A program made the position numbers and the translations under genes. A DNA stretch of 37,767 nt from Minisyncoccota bacterium (GTDB lineage: Bacteria; Patescibacteriota; Minisyncoccia; Phycocordibacterales; UBA2100), in the NCBI GenBank assembly GCA_018061585.1, contig JAGOTU010000001.1, positions 1-37,767 of the forward strand, read 5' to 3'. The notes beneath the pieces were generated by a model. That model saw only the letters and a list, made by a program, of their open reading frames with translations. It did no database searches and was not told the origin of the DNA. Position 1 is the stretch's first letter. Each line of letters begins with the position of its first letter. This document shows, piece after piece, positions 7,963-15,501 of this stretch.

Positions 7963-7991
7963 TTCACATTCAGAAGTATGTGAGAATGTTT
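7957..7991 (-). promoter_or_regulatory. Dyad element copy 3; candidate promoter-operator of the cupin gene
   Basis: The core at 7960-7987 (ATTTTCACATTC-AGAA-GTATGTGAGAAT) has 2 arm mismatches to the consensus plus a different 4-nt spacer. The minus strand reads TTCTCA-N17-AAATAT. It follows the dapD terminator. Confidence 0.45.
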
Positions 7992-7992
7992 C

Positions 7993-8024
7993 CATAAAGA
8001 ATGGCCGCTCGGATGAGCGGCCAT
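7993..8024 (-). terminator. Terminator hairpin after dapD
   Basis: Stem ATGGCCGCT (8001-8009) pairs with AGCGGCCAT (8016-8024). The T-tract is weak (TCTTTAT). Confidence 0.55.
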
Positions 8025-8049
8025 GTGATCGCGATCGTCAGGTACTTGA

Positions 8050-9192
8050 TCAAGTCTCGTGCAGTTCAGCGTTGAGCATCGTCTTGTTCTTGCGCCGTAG
8101 CATTTTCACCGCGCCGCACTTGCTGTCACGAATGAAGAGCATTTCATTCTGTCCGGAAAGCGTTTCTGCTTTCACGAAACTCCCGTCCTCGAGCTGCACC
8201 GGCATGCCTGCAGTTACATAGAGTCCGGCTTCCACGGTGCAGTAGTCACCGAGCGTGATCCCGACGCCAGAGTTCGCTCCAATGAGGCACTTCTTGCCGA
8301 CAGTGATCACCTCTTTGCCACCTCCTGACATCGTTCCCATGATCGATGCGCCACCGCCGATATCCGTCCCTTCTTTCACGAACACGCCCGCCGACACACG
8401 ACCTTCGATCATGTTGGGTCCTTCGCAACCGGCATTGAAGTTGACGAACCCTTCGTGCATCACGACCGTGCCCTCGCCAAGATGTGCGCCGAGTCGTACG
8501 CGACTTGCGTCGGCAATTCGGACCTTGGACGGGGCCACGTAATCCAGCATTCGCGGGAACTTGTCCCGCGCATGGATCATGAGCGGGTGCCTTGTGTACC
8601 CGGCTTGGATCTGACGCGACATCAGGTCTTCTTCGGCGATCGGCCCTTCGTTGGACCAGATATTGTTCGGCAGATTGTCGAACACACCGTCGAGCTTGAT
8701 ACCATGCGGCTTCACGAGCCGATGACTCAAAAGATGCAGACGAAGATACGCATCCGGCACCGTAAGGCTGCCGCGATCCGTCTCCCCCGCCCCGATGAAC
8801 GTGACCACACACACCTTGTTACCCGACATCGCGCCATCGCCCGCACGACGAATCAGTGTTGCGCGGATGTTTCGGATGATGTCGATGTTCGGATGCGGCG
8901 CGGCGTCGTCCGCCAGCCAGTCAAAGTGGGTCAGAATATCCGTAAGCATTTTTACGCCCACATCCGGATACACGATGTTCCCGGTCTTGTAGCCAAGCAC
9001 CGCCGCGAGTACTGCAGCCGTGCCGTGATTGGTCCCGTAGTTCGGATGCGGATACAAAGTGTCCAACGTCCTTCCTTCGCTGCTTTTGGTGGCGAGTCCG
9101 ACACCAAAGGCAAGCGGACGTGCGTACACCCCCTTGGCTTCGAATCCCGTCACGAACGCATCGAATGCAGCTTTTGTCGCTATCTTGGCCAT
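8050..9192 (-). CDS. dapD: 2,3,4,5-tetrahydropyridine-2,6-dicarboxylate N-succinyltransferase (long, Pseudomonas-type DapD)
   Basis: It shows strong similarity, from memory, to P. aeruginosa DapD (LHLLSHRLVKPHG, VRIADxxRVRLGAxxGEGTxVMHEGFVNFNAGxEGPxMIEGRVSAGVFV, hexapeptide repeats). I trimmed the start to the ATG at 9192, which has GGAGG 6 nt upstream. Confidence 0.85.
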   Translation of the reverse strand: MAKIATKAAFDAFVTGFEAKGVYARPLAFGVGLATKSSEGRTLDTLYPHPNYGTNHGTAAVLAAVLGYKTGNIVYPDVGVKMLTDILTHFDWLADDAAPHPNIDIIRNIRATLIRRAGDGAMSGNKVCVVTFIGAGETDRGSLTVPDAYLRLHLLSHRLVKPHGIKLDGVFDNLPNNIWSNEGPIAEEDLMSRQIQAGYTRHPLMIHARDKFPRMLDYVAPSKVRIADASRVRLGAHLGEGTVVMHEGFVNFNAGCEGPNMIEGRVSAGVFVKEGTDIGGGASIMGTMSGGGKEVITVGKKCLIGANSGVGITLGDYCTVEAGLYVTAGMPVQLEDGSFVKAETLSGQNEMLFIRDSKCGAVKMLRRKNKTMLNAELHET

Positions 9193-9263
9193 CAATTTCC
9201 TCCCAGAACAAGCCGCGAGAAACAATACTCCTCGCCCCATTTCAGTCAATCAGGCCCTTATAA

Positions 9264-9291
9264 CAAAAGACCCCGCGAACGGGGTCTTTTG
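9264..9291. terminator. Bidirectional terminator after 9307..9864
   Basis: The hairpin AGACCCCG-CGAA-CGGGGTCT is flanked by AAAA on one side and TTTT on the other. Confidence 0.8.
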
Positions 9292-9306
9292 CAACATACG
9301 GAATGT

Positions 9307-9864
9307 TTACTTTGTCTTGGCTTTTGTAGCCTTCTTTGCCTTTGGAGTTTTCACTGCCTTCTCAACCGCTTCTGCAAGGTCTTCGGTTACCTCGATCGGC
9401 GCTGCAGCATCCGCTTTCGGAGCACTCATAGATTCGATCGCACTCACCAGACGATCCAGCTTTGAGTTCAGGATCTCGAGCTGCTTCAGCACAGGTCCGT
9501 TGTCGGTCTTCGGGAACTCTGCACGGGTCGTCGCTGCAGGACCGAATTCACGCTTCGGGAAGCGATCATTCGACTGGAACCGGTCGCCTGCACGTCCACG
9601 GGTATCGGTGTCGCCTGTTTTAACGAAGCAGTTCCGGCAGAATACCGGCTTGCCGTTGACCGGACGAAACGGTACTTCGCACTCATTTCCGCACTTGCTG
9701 CAGATCGCCTTGTGGAGGGTCGTGGAACGATCGTCGCCACGTGAATCACTTCGGTCTGCCCAGTTCTTCTTTGGGAAGCCCGGCTTTCCGCCCTGTCCGC
9801 CGAATGACGGCTTACCGCCTGTAAATCGCTTCGGTCCCCCGCCGCGTCCTTTGAAATCTGCCAT
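9307..9864 (-). CDS. CxxC-x17-CxxC zinc-ribbon protein with RGG-rich N-terminus and Lys-rich C-terminus
   Basis: CSKC-(17 aa)-CRNC matches the CxxC-x17-CxxC domain spacing exactly. The flanking tracts are RGG/GGKP-rich (N-terminal) and KAKKATKAKTK (C-terminal). No Shine-Dalgarno sequence was seen upstream. Confidence 0.7.
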   Translation of the reverse strand: MADFKGRGGGPKRFTGGKPSFGGQGGKPGFPKKNWADRSDSRGDDRSTTLHKAICSKCGNECEVPFRPVNGKPVFCRNCFVKTGDTDTRGRAGDRFQSNDRFPKREFGPAATTRAEFPKTDNGPVLKQLEILNSKLDRLVSAIESMSAPKADAAAPIEVTEDLAEAVEKAVKTPKAKKATKAKTK

Positions 9865-9934
9865 ATGGGAGGAGTCTGTCAGACTATTGACAAAATAGCA
9901 AGGAAATTGCCAAATCGGCGTTTTTCATCCTGTG

Positions 9935-9971
9935 TACAAAAAATCGACGCGGCCACTGATGGTCGCGTCGA
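9935..9971 (-). terminator. Intrinsic terminator of the HD-domain gene
   Basis: Stem TCGACGCG (9944-9951) pairs with CGCGTCGA (9964-9971). On the minus strand it is followed by TTTTTTGTAC. Confidence 0.75.
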
Positions 9972-9996
9972 ATAGTGGTAACTGATCACCCTCGGA

Positions 9997-10653
9997 TCAG
10001 TGGACAGTGAGAACTCCCTCGCTGTAGAGCGCTTGGACGAATTCCGTACGGTCGTCATTGTACTCAATCATCTTCTTTTTGATCTCGAGACCGGAAAGCG
10101 TCCCGTGCCGGGTGTTCGGCCGGTGGAGCGCATCGTACACATCGGCCATCGAGAGGATGCGTCCGTGCCTGTAGATCAGATCCTGTGTCGCATTCGCAAA
10201 ATTATGCAGCGGACGCGGCATGCGTTTTGGATAGCCGTTGGCCTGGAATCGATGATGCCAGAGCATGATCCCGCCGGAAAAATCGAACCGGCCGCGGATC
10301 ATGCGGTACCCGTCGACCACGTGCCTGCGCACGAGCCGTTCGTCCTCGCGCGTCCAGCCGTCGACCTTGCCGAGCACTTCGATCGGCACCTGCACTTTGC
10401 CGATGTCGTGAAGCGCCCCCGCGAACAAGAGCGCCCGCTCATCGAGCCCTCCCCAGAGCCGTCCCATTCCGCGCGCAATGATCGCAACGCGAAGTGAATG
10501 CATGTAGTGAGCGCGGTAGACCGGATGCTTGTCGCGAAGCGGGCCCATCATAACGAGGGCGTCGTTCACGTCTTCCGGTTTTGCTCCATCCTTGGCACAG
10601 AGCGCCTCGAAGGTGTCGAGTAGTTCCTGTTCGGTCGCTGTTTGCAGTCCCAT
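9997..10653 (-). CDS. HD-domain (HD-GYP-like) phosphohydrolase
   Basis: The motifs HSLRVA...GALHDIGK...HH...GYP...ADVYDAL are present. I trimmed the start to the ATG at 10653, which has GGAGG 7 nt upstream. The longer ORF would overlap the upstream gene. Confidence 0.75.
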   Translation of the reverse strand: MGLQTATEQELLDTFEALCAKDGAKPEDVNDALVMMGPLRDKHPVYRAHYMHSLRVAIIARGMGRLWGGLDERALLFAGALHDIGKVQVPIEVLGKVDGWTREDERLVRRHVVDGYRMIRGRFDFSGGIMLWHHRFQANGYPKRMPRPLHNFANATQDLIYRHGRILSMADVYDALHRPNTRHGTLSGLEIKKKMIEYNDDRTEFVQALYSEGVLTVH

Positions 10654-10687
10654 GTGGCGTCCTCCTGCGCCGACAATGATACAGAAC

Positions 10688-12187
10688 TCAGCGCGTGTCA
10701 AACGAATTCGCAGACAGAACGGCCGCTGGTTCCGGCACGTTTGTAAGCGCCCGTGCCGCATTCTTTCGTGACAACGTCTGTGACTGCCACGGTAAAACTT
10801 TCCGTACTTGCTGCGCTCGCTTCTGGAGATTCTCTGTAATGAGGGTCGTACTTGCCGTGTCCACGATCGCCGCTGCCCGAATGAGTTCCGGCACTGCATC
10901 TTCGGAAAGCGTAGTGATGTGTTCCACGTCGATCTTCCCTGTTGCCTCGTAGCGGGCGATGTTCTTGGATGCGATATATGCATCCGGATTCAAGAGGTTC
11001 ATCGCGGCGACGAACAGCGCCACGGACAGGAACGTGCGCAGCGCGAATGTTTCGTTGCGGATATCGATGAATATTTTATAAAGCAGTGACACGAACGTGA
11101 TCGCAAGCAGGATCACGAACGCATGACTATACAATCTGAGCGTCGTAAATCCGTACACCGATTCGTATAAATAGATCTTGTAGAACGATGAGGTCATCAC
11201 CAAGAGCACAAGTGTAACCAAAGATGCACTCAAACTCTTGAATGCCGGCGAGTGCGCTGCACCGCGGTCGATGAACTGCTCGGTGATCATGAGCACCAGC
11301 CATGCGAGCACACACACCACATTGAGTTCAAAGAATCCTCGTCGTGCATATTCCGCATACGTGAGCCCTTGGGATGCGATGTAGTCGGTTCCTCCAAAAA
11401 AGTATGATGCCTGCACCGCGACGAATGCAGCGAACACTGCGGTCACCGAACCGAGCAATATCATCACCTCGATAGTGCCCAGCTTTTTGACCGACGTCGC
11501 GAACATGTCGCTCACGGTCGAGTGCGCCCCCATCGCATACGAGTAGGCACCGATTAGCATTGCAGCTACGCCGATATCGATGAGAATACGGATCGGATAT
11601 TCCGAATCAAAGAACGGTGTATTGAAGAGTGCGGTAAAGAAACGTTCGAATGTAGGGTCGGCCGAGGCGAACAATGCAAGCAGAATAACGACCACGGGGA
11701 GCGCCATCGCGATCCCGCGAATGATCTGTATCGCACTCTCACGATTCTTGGGCTTACCGGCCGCCATAACTCCGGAGACCGACTTCAGCATAGGATCCAA
11801 ATACTGGATCGGCGGGAATACGAGTCTCAGATAATCGATGACACTCATGCTCGTGATACTCGCGCGCACATTCACTTCTGCGATCAGAAGTGCGAGTCCG
11901 ATTACTGCACCGATATTAAGCACGATCAACAGTTCGTTGGCACGCACGCCCACCATCGCCGCAAAAAATAGTGCGCCCACAAGCAGGAGCGCCACATCAG
12001 TGCGGAGCTTCTTGGCCTGAATAATGGTGACCGCGGCATATGCGAGCACCATCGAAAGTATAAAAAGACTGAATCCGATACCAGGAACCTTTTCCCAGAG
12101 CAGGTAGTCGAACAGAAATCCGAGGATGAGTGAGAGACCGACGATCGCAGCCGCCGACTTGAGGGGCAATGGAGGATTCGTACCCAT
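10688..12187 (-). CDS. Large polytopic membrane protein, DUF4153/DUF4173-like
   Basis: The 499-aa product has more than 10 hydrophobic spans and an N-terminal LLWEKVPGIGFSLF motif typical of that family. The family call is from memory. I chose the start at 12187 because the ORF-track start at 12271 lies inside the upstream terminator hairpin. Confidence 0.6.
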   Translation of the reverse strand: MGTNPPLPLKSAAAIVGLSLILGFLFDYLLWEKVPGIGFSLFILSMVLAYAAVTIIQAKKLRTDVALLLVGALFFAAMVGVRANELLIVLNIGAVIGLALLIAEVNVRASITSMSVIDYLRLVFPPIQYLDPMLKSVSGVMAAGKPKNRESAIQIIRGIAMALPVVVILLALFASADPTFERFFTALFNTPFFDSEYPIRILIDIGVAAMLIGAYSYAMGAHSTVSDMFATSVKKLGTIEVMILLGSVTAVFAAFVAVQASYFFGGTDYIASQGLTYAEYARRGFFELNVVCVLAWLVLMITEQFIDRGAAHSPAFKSLSASLVTLVLLVMTSSFYKIYLYESVYGFTTLRLYSHAFVILLAITFVSLLYKIFIDIRNETFALRTFLSVALFVAAMNLLNPDAYIASKNIARYEATGKIDVEHITTLSEDAVPELIRAAAIVDTASTTLITENLQKRAQQVRKVLPWQSQTLSRKNAARALTNVPEPAAVLSANSFDTR

Positions 12188-12228
12188 ATAAATCCAACCT
12201 ATCACAGCACTACAGCGGGGCAACCAGG

Positions 12229-12260
12229 CCAAAAAAAGATGCCCGGCGTTGCCGGGCATC
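12229..12260 (-). terminator. Intrinsic terminator of the AAA-CYTH gene
   Basis: The hairpin GATGCCCGGC-GTT-GCCGGGCATC spans 12238-12260. On the minus strand it is followed by TTTTTTTGG. Confidence 0.85.
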
Positions 12261-12278
12261 AAAATAAGCAATCAGTCT

Positions 12279-13397
12279 TTACGCAGCGAGCGCCGCTTTC
12301 GCCATAGCGGCATTGCTCCATTCGGGCAAATGCGTCACGTCCTCGACGATCCAGCCGTCAGGCATGCTGATCACTTCGGAGAGGTCGTTCATCTCGACCT
12401 CGAGCTTCACGATGCCGAGCGATTTCCACGGTTCGGACTTGTAGATATCCACTTCGAAGGTGCGGTCTGCAAATGGAAACCGATACCGTGTCTTCAGTAT
12501 CGTCCGTCGCGTGGGATCAGCATCCCCCAGAAACTCCTCATACTGCTCAAGCGTGAGCGGCGGATATTTCGGCTCCGTCACGCTGCCCACCACTCCCGTG
12601 TCAGACTTGTGCGTGTAGTGATACGACGTCTCACCTTCGAGCGTTTCCGAACGAACGCGACGAGCACCGGTGTCGACGCCATGCGGATTCAGATACGTCT
12701 GCACGATTTCGATCATTGCCGCGTCACGCGGAATGAACGCCATCGTGAAGTTCTTGATGAGGAACCTTCGTTCGTTCTCGAGCGGTATCGGCATATGCAG
12801 AACCCTTCCTAATGCGCGCTTGGCGCGTTGCATTTTCGTCTTGAAGTCAGTCGAATTATCGATGACCGACAAGTGCGGATGTCCACGCCATGCGTGGCGC
12901 GAAGCCGTATCGAGCACACGCGCCTGTTCGATCCCCTCTGTCCTCGTCGTGCTGTTCTCCAGCGACTCCTGCGTGTAGAACGCTTCGGCACCGTCTGCTG
13001 CTGTGACCAGATGAATCACCATCAGGTACCCCAGCATCAACTGTACTCGATTCGTCCCGCGCTCGTGTAGCAATTGCGCGAACATTTCTTCGCCGCAATA
13101 TGCTTCGCAATCCGGAGCGCCGCGGTCCACCAAGAGCACGGCCTTCTGGATCCCGCTCTTGAGTATGACCGCTTTGTATCTGCGGATGCGCGCCTCATTC
13201 GCTCGGAGTACGCGCCGCTGGAATGCTTCGATACCGAGGTCCCACGGAGTTACTCCCGCATTGATCAGTATTGTTGCCGCTTCGGGTACTACGATCGCAA
13301 TGATCCCAAACCGCAGGAGCCACTCGATGACCTCCTTCATAAACGATGATTTCCCCGCACACGGGCCGCCACTTATGGCTATCAACGGTATGTACAT
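12279..13397 (-). CDS. Fusion protein: N-terminal P-loop NTPase (AAA_28/NadR-kinase-like) + C-terminal CYTH (triphosphate tunnel metalloenzyme) domain
   Basis: The Walker A motif SGGPCAGKSS lies at the N-terminus. The CYTH signature ExExK-like LENERRFLIK begins at about aa 207 of the ORF, followed by beta-rich repeats. I chose the ATG at 13397 (GAGGGAG with 6-nt spacing) rather than 13403. Confidence 0.7.
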   Translation of the reverse strand: MYIPLIAISGGPCAGKSSFMKEVIEWLLRFGIIAIVVPEAATILINAGVTPWDLGIEAFQRRVLRANEARIRRYKAVILKSGIQKAVLLVDRGAPDCEAYCGEEMFAQLLHERGTNRVQLMLGYLMVIHLVTAADGAEAFYTQESLENSTTRTEGIEQARVLDTASRHAWRGHPHLSVIDNSTDFKTKMQRAKRALGRVLHMPIPLENERRFLIKNFTMAFIPRDAAMIEIVQTYLNPHGVDTGARRVRSETLEGETSYHYTHKSDTGVVGSVTEPKYPPLTLEQYEEFLGDADPTRRTILKTRYRFPFADRTFEVDIYKSEPWKSLGIVKLEVEMNDLSEVISMPDGWIVEDVTHLPEWSNAAMAKAALAA

Positions 13398-13462
13398 TCG
13401 CATCTCCCTCAGAGATCACACCTGCCGCGATACTACCAAATACCATACGCGCCGCCATACAA

Positions 13463-13488
13463 GCAAAAAACGCGCCGGGTGGCGCGTT
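13463..13488 (-). terminator. Intrinsic terminator of 13524..13775
   Basis: On the minus strand, the hairpin AACGCGCC-GGGT-GGCGCGTT is followed by TTTTTTGC. Confidence 0.8.
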
Positions 13489-13523
13489 GTACGGATCGAA
13501 TCGGCTTCGATGCGGTCGGATTG

Positions 13524-13775
13524 TCAGATCCAGAATCGGCGTCCGCGATACTCGAACGCTGGGATCCAGAACAGCTTCTGAAATCGTGCGGGCGGCGTGG
13601 GCCGCTCTGGTCGCCGAGCGACAGCGTTGTGCTCGGCGAGCGACGACTGTGACCTCAGGTCGTCGACCTTTTCGACAGCCGGCTTCGCTTTGCGTTCCTT
13701 TCCGACTCCCTTCTCGTACATCTGCCCGAACCCGACGATCGTGATAAGCGCCGCTCCGAATACCAACACCTTCAT
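13524..13775 (-). CDS. Small membrane-anchored or secreted protein (83 aa)
   Basis: The ATG at 13775 has GGAGG 6 nt upstream. The N-terminus MKVLVFGAALITIVGFG is hydrophobic. Confidence 0.55.
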   Translation of the reverse strand: MKVLVFGAALITIVGFGQMYEKGVGKERKAKPAVEKVDDLRSQSSLAEHNAVARRPERPTPPARFQKLFWIPAFEYRGRRFWI

Positions 13776-13857
13776 ACTCGACCTCCCCTGCTGCATAGAA
13801 CCGATCGATTCTCCCGTTCCACGATGTCACGAGAGGAAAGATGCGTCAACGCACGAG

Positions 13858-14637
13858 TTACGGCGAGATCAAGACCGGGTTATCAGTTTCCGGATGTACC
13901 GAATGATCATCCGGGTCCGGCAATGGTCCGATCCATGTTCCGTAATAGTAGATCGTGTCCTCGTCCTTGGCATCGATCACAACTGTACCCGTTCCGTCAG
14001 GATCAGGGACGGTCGTTTCGTGAAATGTTTGGAATGAGCCGGGGTCAGCGCCGGGAATGACGGCGACTGTACCCGTGCAGTTGCCGGTAGCATCACACGT
14101 TGTCGTTATGACATACACGTTCTCGTCGTCTTTCGCGTAGGTCGGACTGAGCACCTGAAACGATCCGGGGTCTGCTCCCTGCAGCACTGTGATCTCGGAG
14201 CCGCTGAAAAAATACACGTTCTGCGAGTCTATATAGAATGCCGGCATCGTTCCCCCGCCGGAGGAGTTCGATTTTCTACCGGACTCAAGTTCACCGGTGA
14301 TCGGCACTTTGTGAAAGGTCTTTGCGTCCGCGATGTCGGCTTTGATGTAGCGATATGTTTCGTTACCGTTCTCATCCACCCCGGCACTCATCCGGAAATA
14401 GAAATTTCCCTCCGATTGAAAAAAATTCTCGTCGAACGATACGTATGATTGCGCTCGCGTTTGCTCACCGCTCGTCTCTTCGGTTTGTGCGGGCATTACA
14501 GGGACAGGATCGGCAAGCTCCTTGGTGCTGAACGTACCGACGAATGAATAACCTATATATAGAACGACCGCCCCGCCCACAAGCGCGACGACAACAGGAA
14601 TACCTACTCCTCCCCTCTCGGACCAATTACGACGCAT
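13858..14637 (-). CDS. DKNYY-family protein with N-terminal membrane anchor
   Basis: GADPGSFQ...(YAKDDENVY / IDSQNVYFF) units are repeated, as in DKNYY repeats. A transmembrane segment GIPVVVALVGGAVVLYIGYSFV is present. I trimmed the start to the ATG at 14637. Confidence 0.6.
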   Translation of the reverse strand: MRRNWSERGGVGIPVVVALVGGAVVLYIGYSFVGTFSTKELADPVPVMPAQTEETSGEQTRAQSYVSFDENFFQSEGNFYFRMSAGVDENGNETYRYIKADIADAKTFHKVPITGELESGRKSNSSGGGTMPAFYIDSQNVYFFSGSEITVLQGADPGSFQVLSPTYAKDDENVYVITTTCDATGNCTGTVAVIPGADPGSFQTFHETTVPDPDGTGTVVIDAKDEDTIYYYGTWIGPLPDPDDHSVHPETDNPVLISP

Positions 14638-14708
14638 ACAAAAAGTATAGCGTGCGCGACGCCGGGTTTGGCGCGGCCGTACGCATCTGTGTGCGTAGCG
14701 AATATCGC

Positions 14709-14746
14709 CACATAACAATGGCGGCGCAACTCATCGTTGCGCCGCC
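14709..14746 (-). terminator. Hairpin after the purH-like gene
   Basis: The hairpin GGCGGCGCAAC-TCATC-GTTGCGCCGCC spans 14720-14746. On the minus strand it is followed by ATTGTTATG, which is only moderately T-rich. Confidence 0.5.
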
Positions 14747-14767
14747 TATTCTCGAAGAGCACGGATC

Positions 14768-15385
14768 TCAGATCTTGCCGTTCTGCGAGCGAATGTACGC
14801 CGCGATCGCCATGTCGTAGTGCGCACACATGTTGTACGCGGCATGCATGAGCTTTCTACGGAACGCGAGCGTCGTGCCGCCGTTCATCACGATCTGTGCA
14901 ATGATCTCCTTGTACTGCTCCGGCGAGGTCACGACCGCGACATAGTCGTGGTTCTTGGCCGCAGCACGGATCATCGCAGGGCCGCCGATGTCGATGTTCT
15001 CGACGGCGGTATCCCAGGTCGTGCCCGGCTTCGCTACCGTCTTTTCGAACGGATACAGGTTCCCGACCAGAAGATCGATTGGTCGTATGCCAAGCTCCCG
15101 TGCACGCGCAACGTCATCTCTGTTGTCGCGGCGGTACAGAAGTCCGCCGTGAACCAAGGGATGCAGGGTCTTCAGTCGTCCATCGAAGCATTCCGGAAAA
15201 CGGGTCACGTCCGCAACGTCGGTGACCTGAATCTTCCCATCGCGGAGCATCGTTGCTGTTCCGCCGGTCGACCAGATGTCGACGCCGCGGTTGGCAAAAA
15301 AATCCATGAACGGTAGCAGGTCGCTCTTGTCGGAGACAGACACGAGGACCCGATTGACGGGAACAACGTGTTCGGATGGCTGCAT
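14768..15385 (-). CDS. purH: Stand-alone IMP cyclohydrolase (MGS-like N-terminal domain of PurH); no AICAR formyltransferase domain
   Basis: It aligns to E. coli PurH residues ~1-200 (VLVSVSDK, STGGTA, DGRVKTLHP-like FDGRLKTLHPLVHGG, NLYPF, ENIDIGGPAMIRAAAKNH). It ends with a clean stop at the interdomain linker. The ATG at 15385 has GGGAG 8 nt upstream. Confidence 0.8.
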   Translation of the reverse strand: MQPSEHVVPVNRVLVSVSDKSDLLPFMDFFANRGVDIWSTGGTATMLRDGKIQVTDVADVTRFPECFDGRLKTLHPLVHGGLLYRRDNRDDVARARELGIRPIDLLVGNLYPFEKTVAKPGTTWDTAVENIDIGGPAMIRAAAKNHDYVAVVTSPEQYKEIIAQIVMNGGTTLAFRRKLMHAAYNMCAHYDMAIAAYIRSQNGKI

Positions 15386-15501
15386 CGCACACTCTCCCTT
15401 GTTTGACAATCGTTCTTAACCGCTGGCAGCCTACACTGCCTCGTATCAGATTTCCAGCATAGTTCGACCCCGGCACGCATGCGCGCCGGGGTCGTGATCT
15501 G

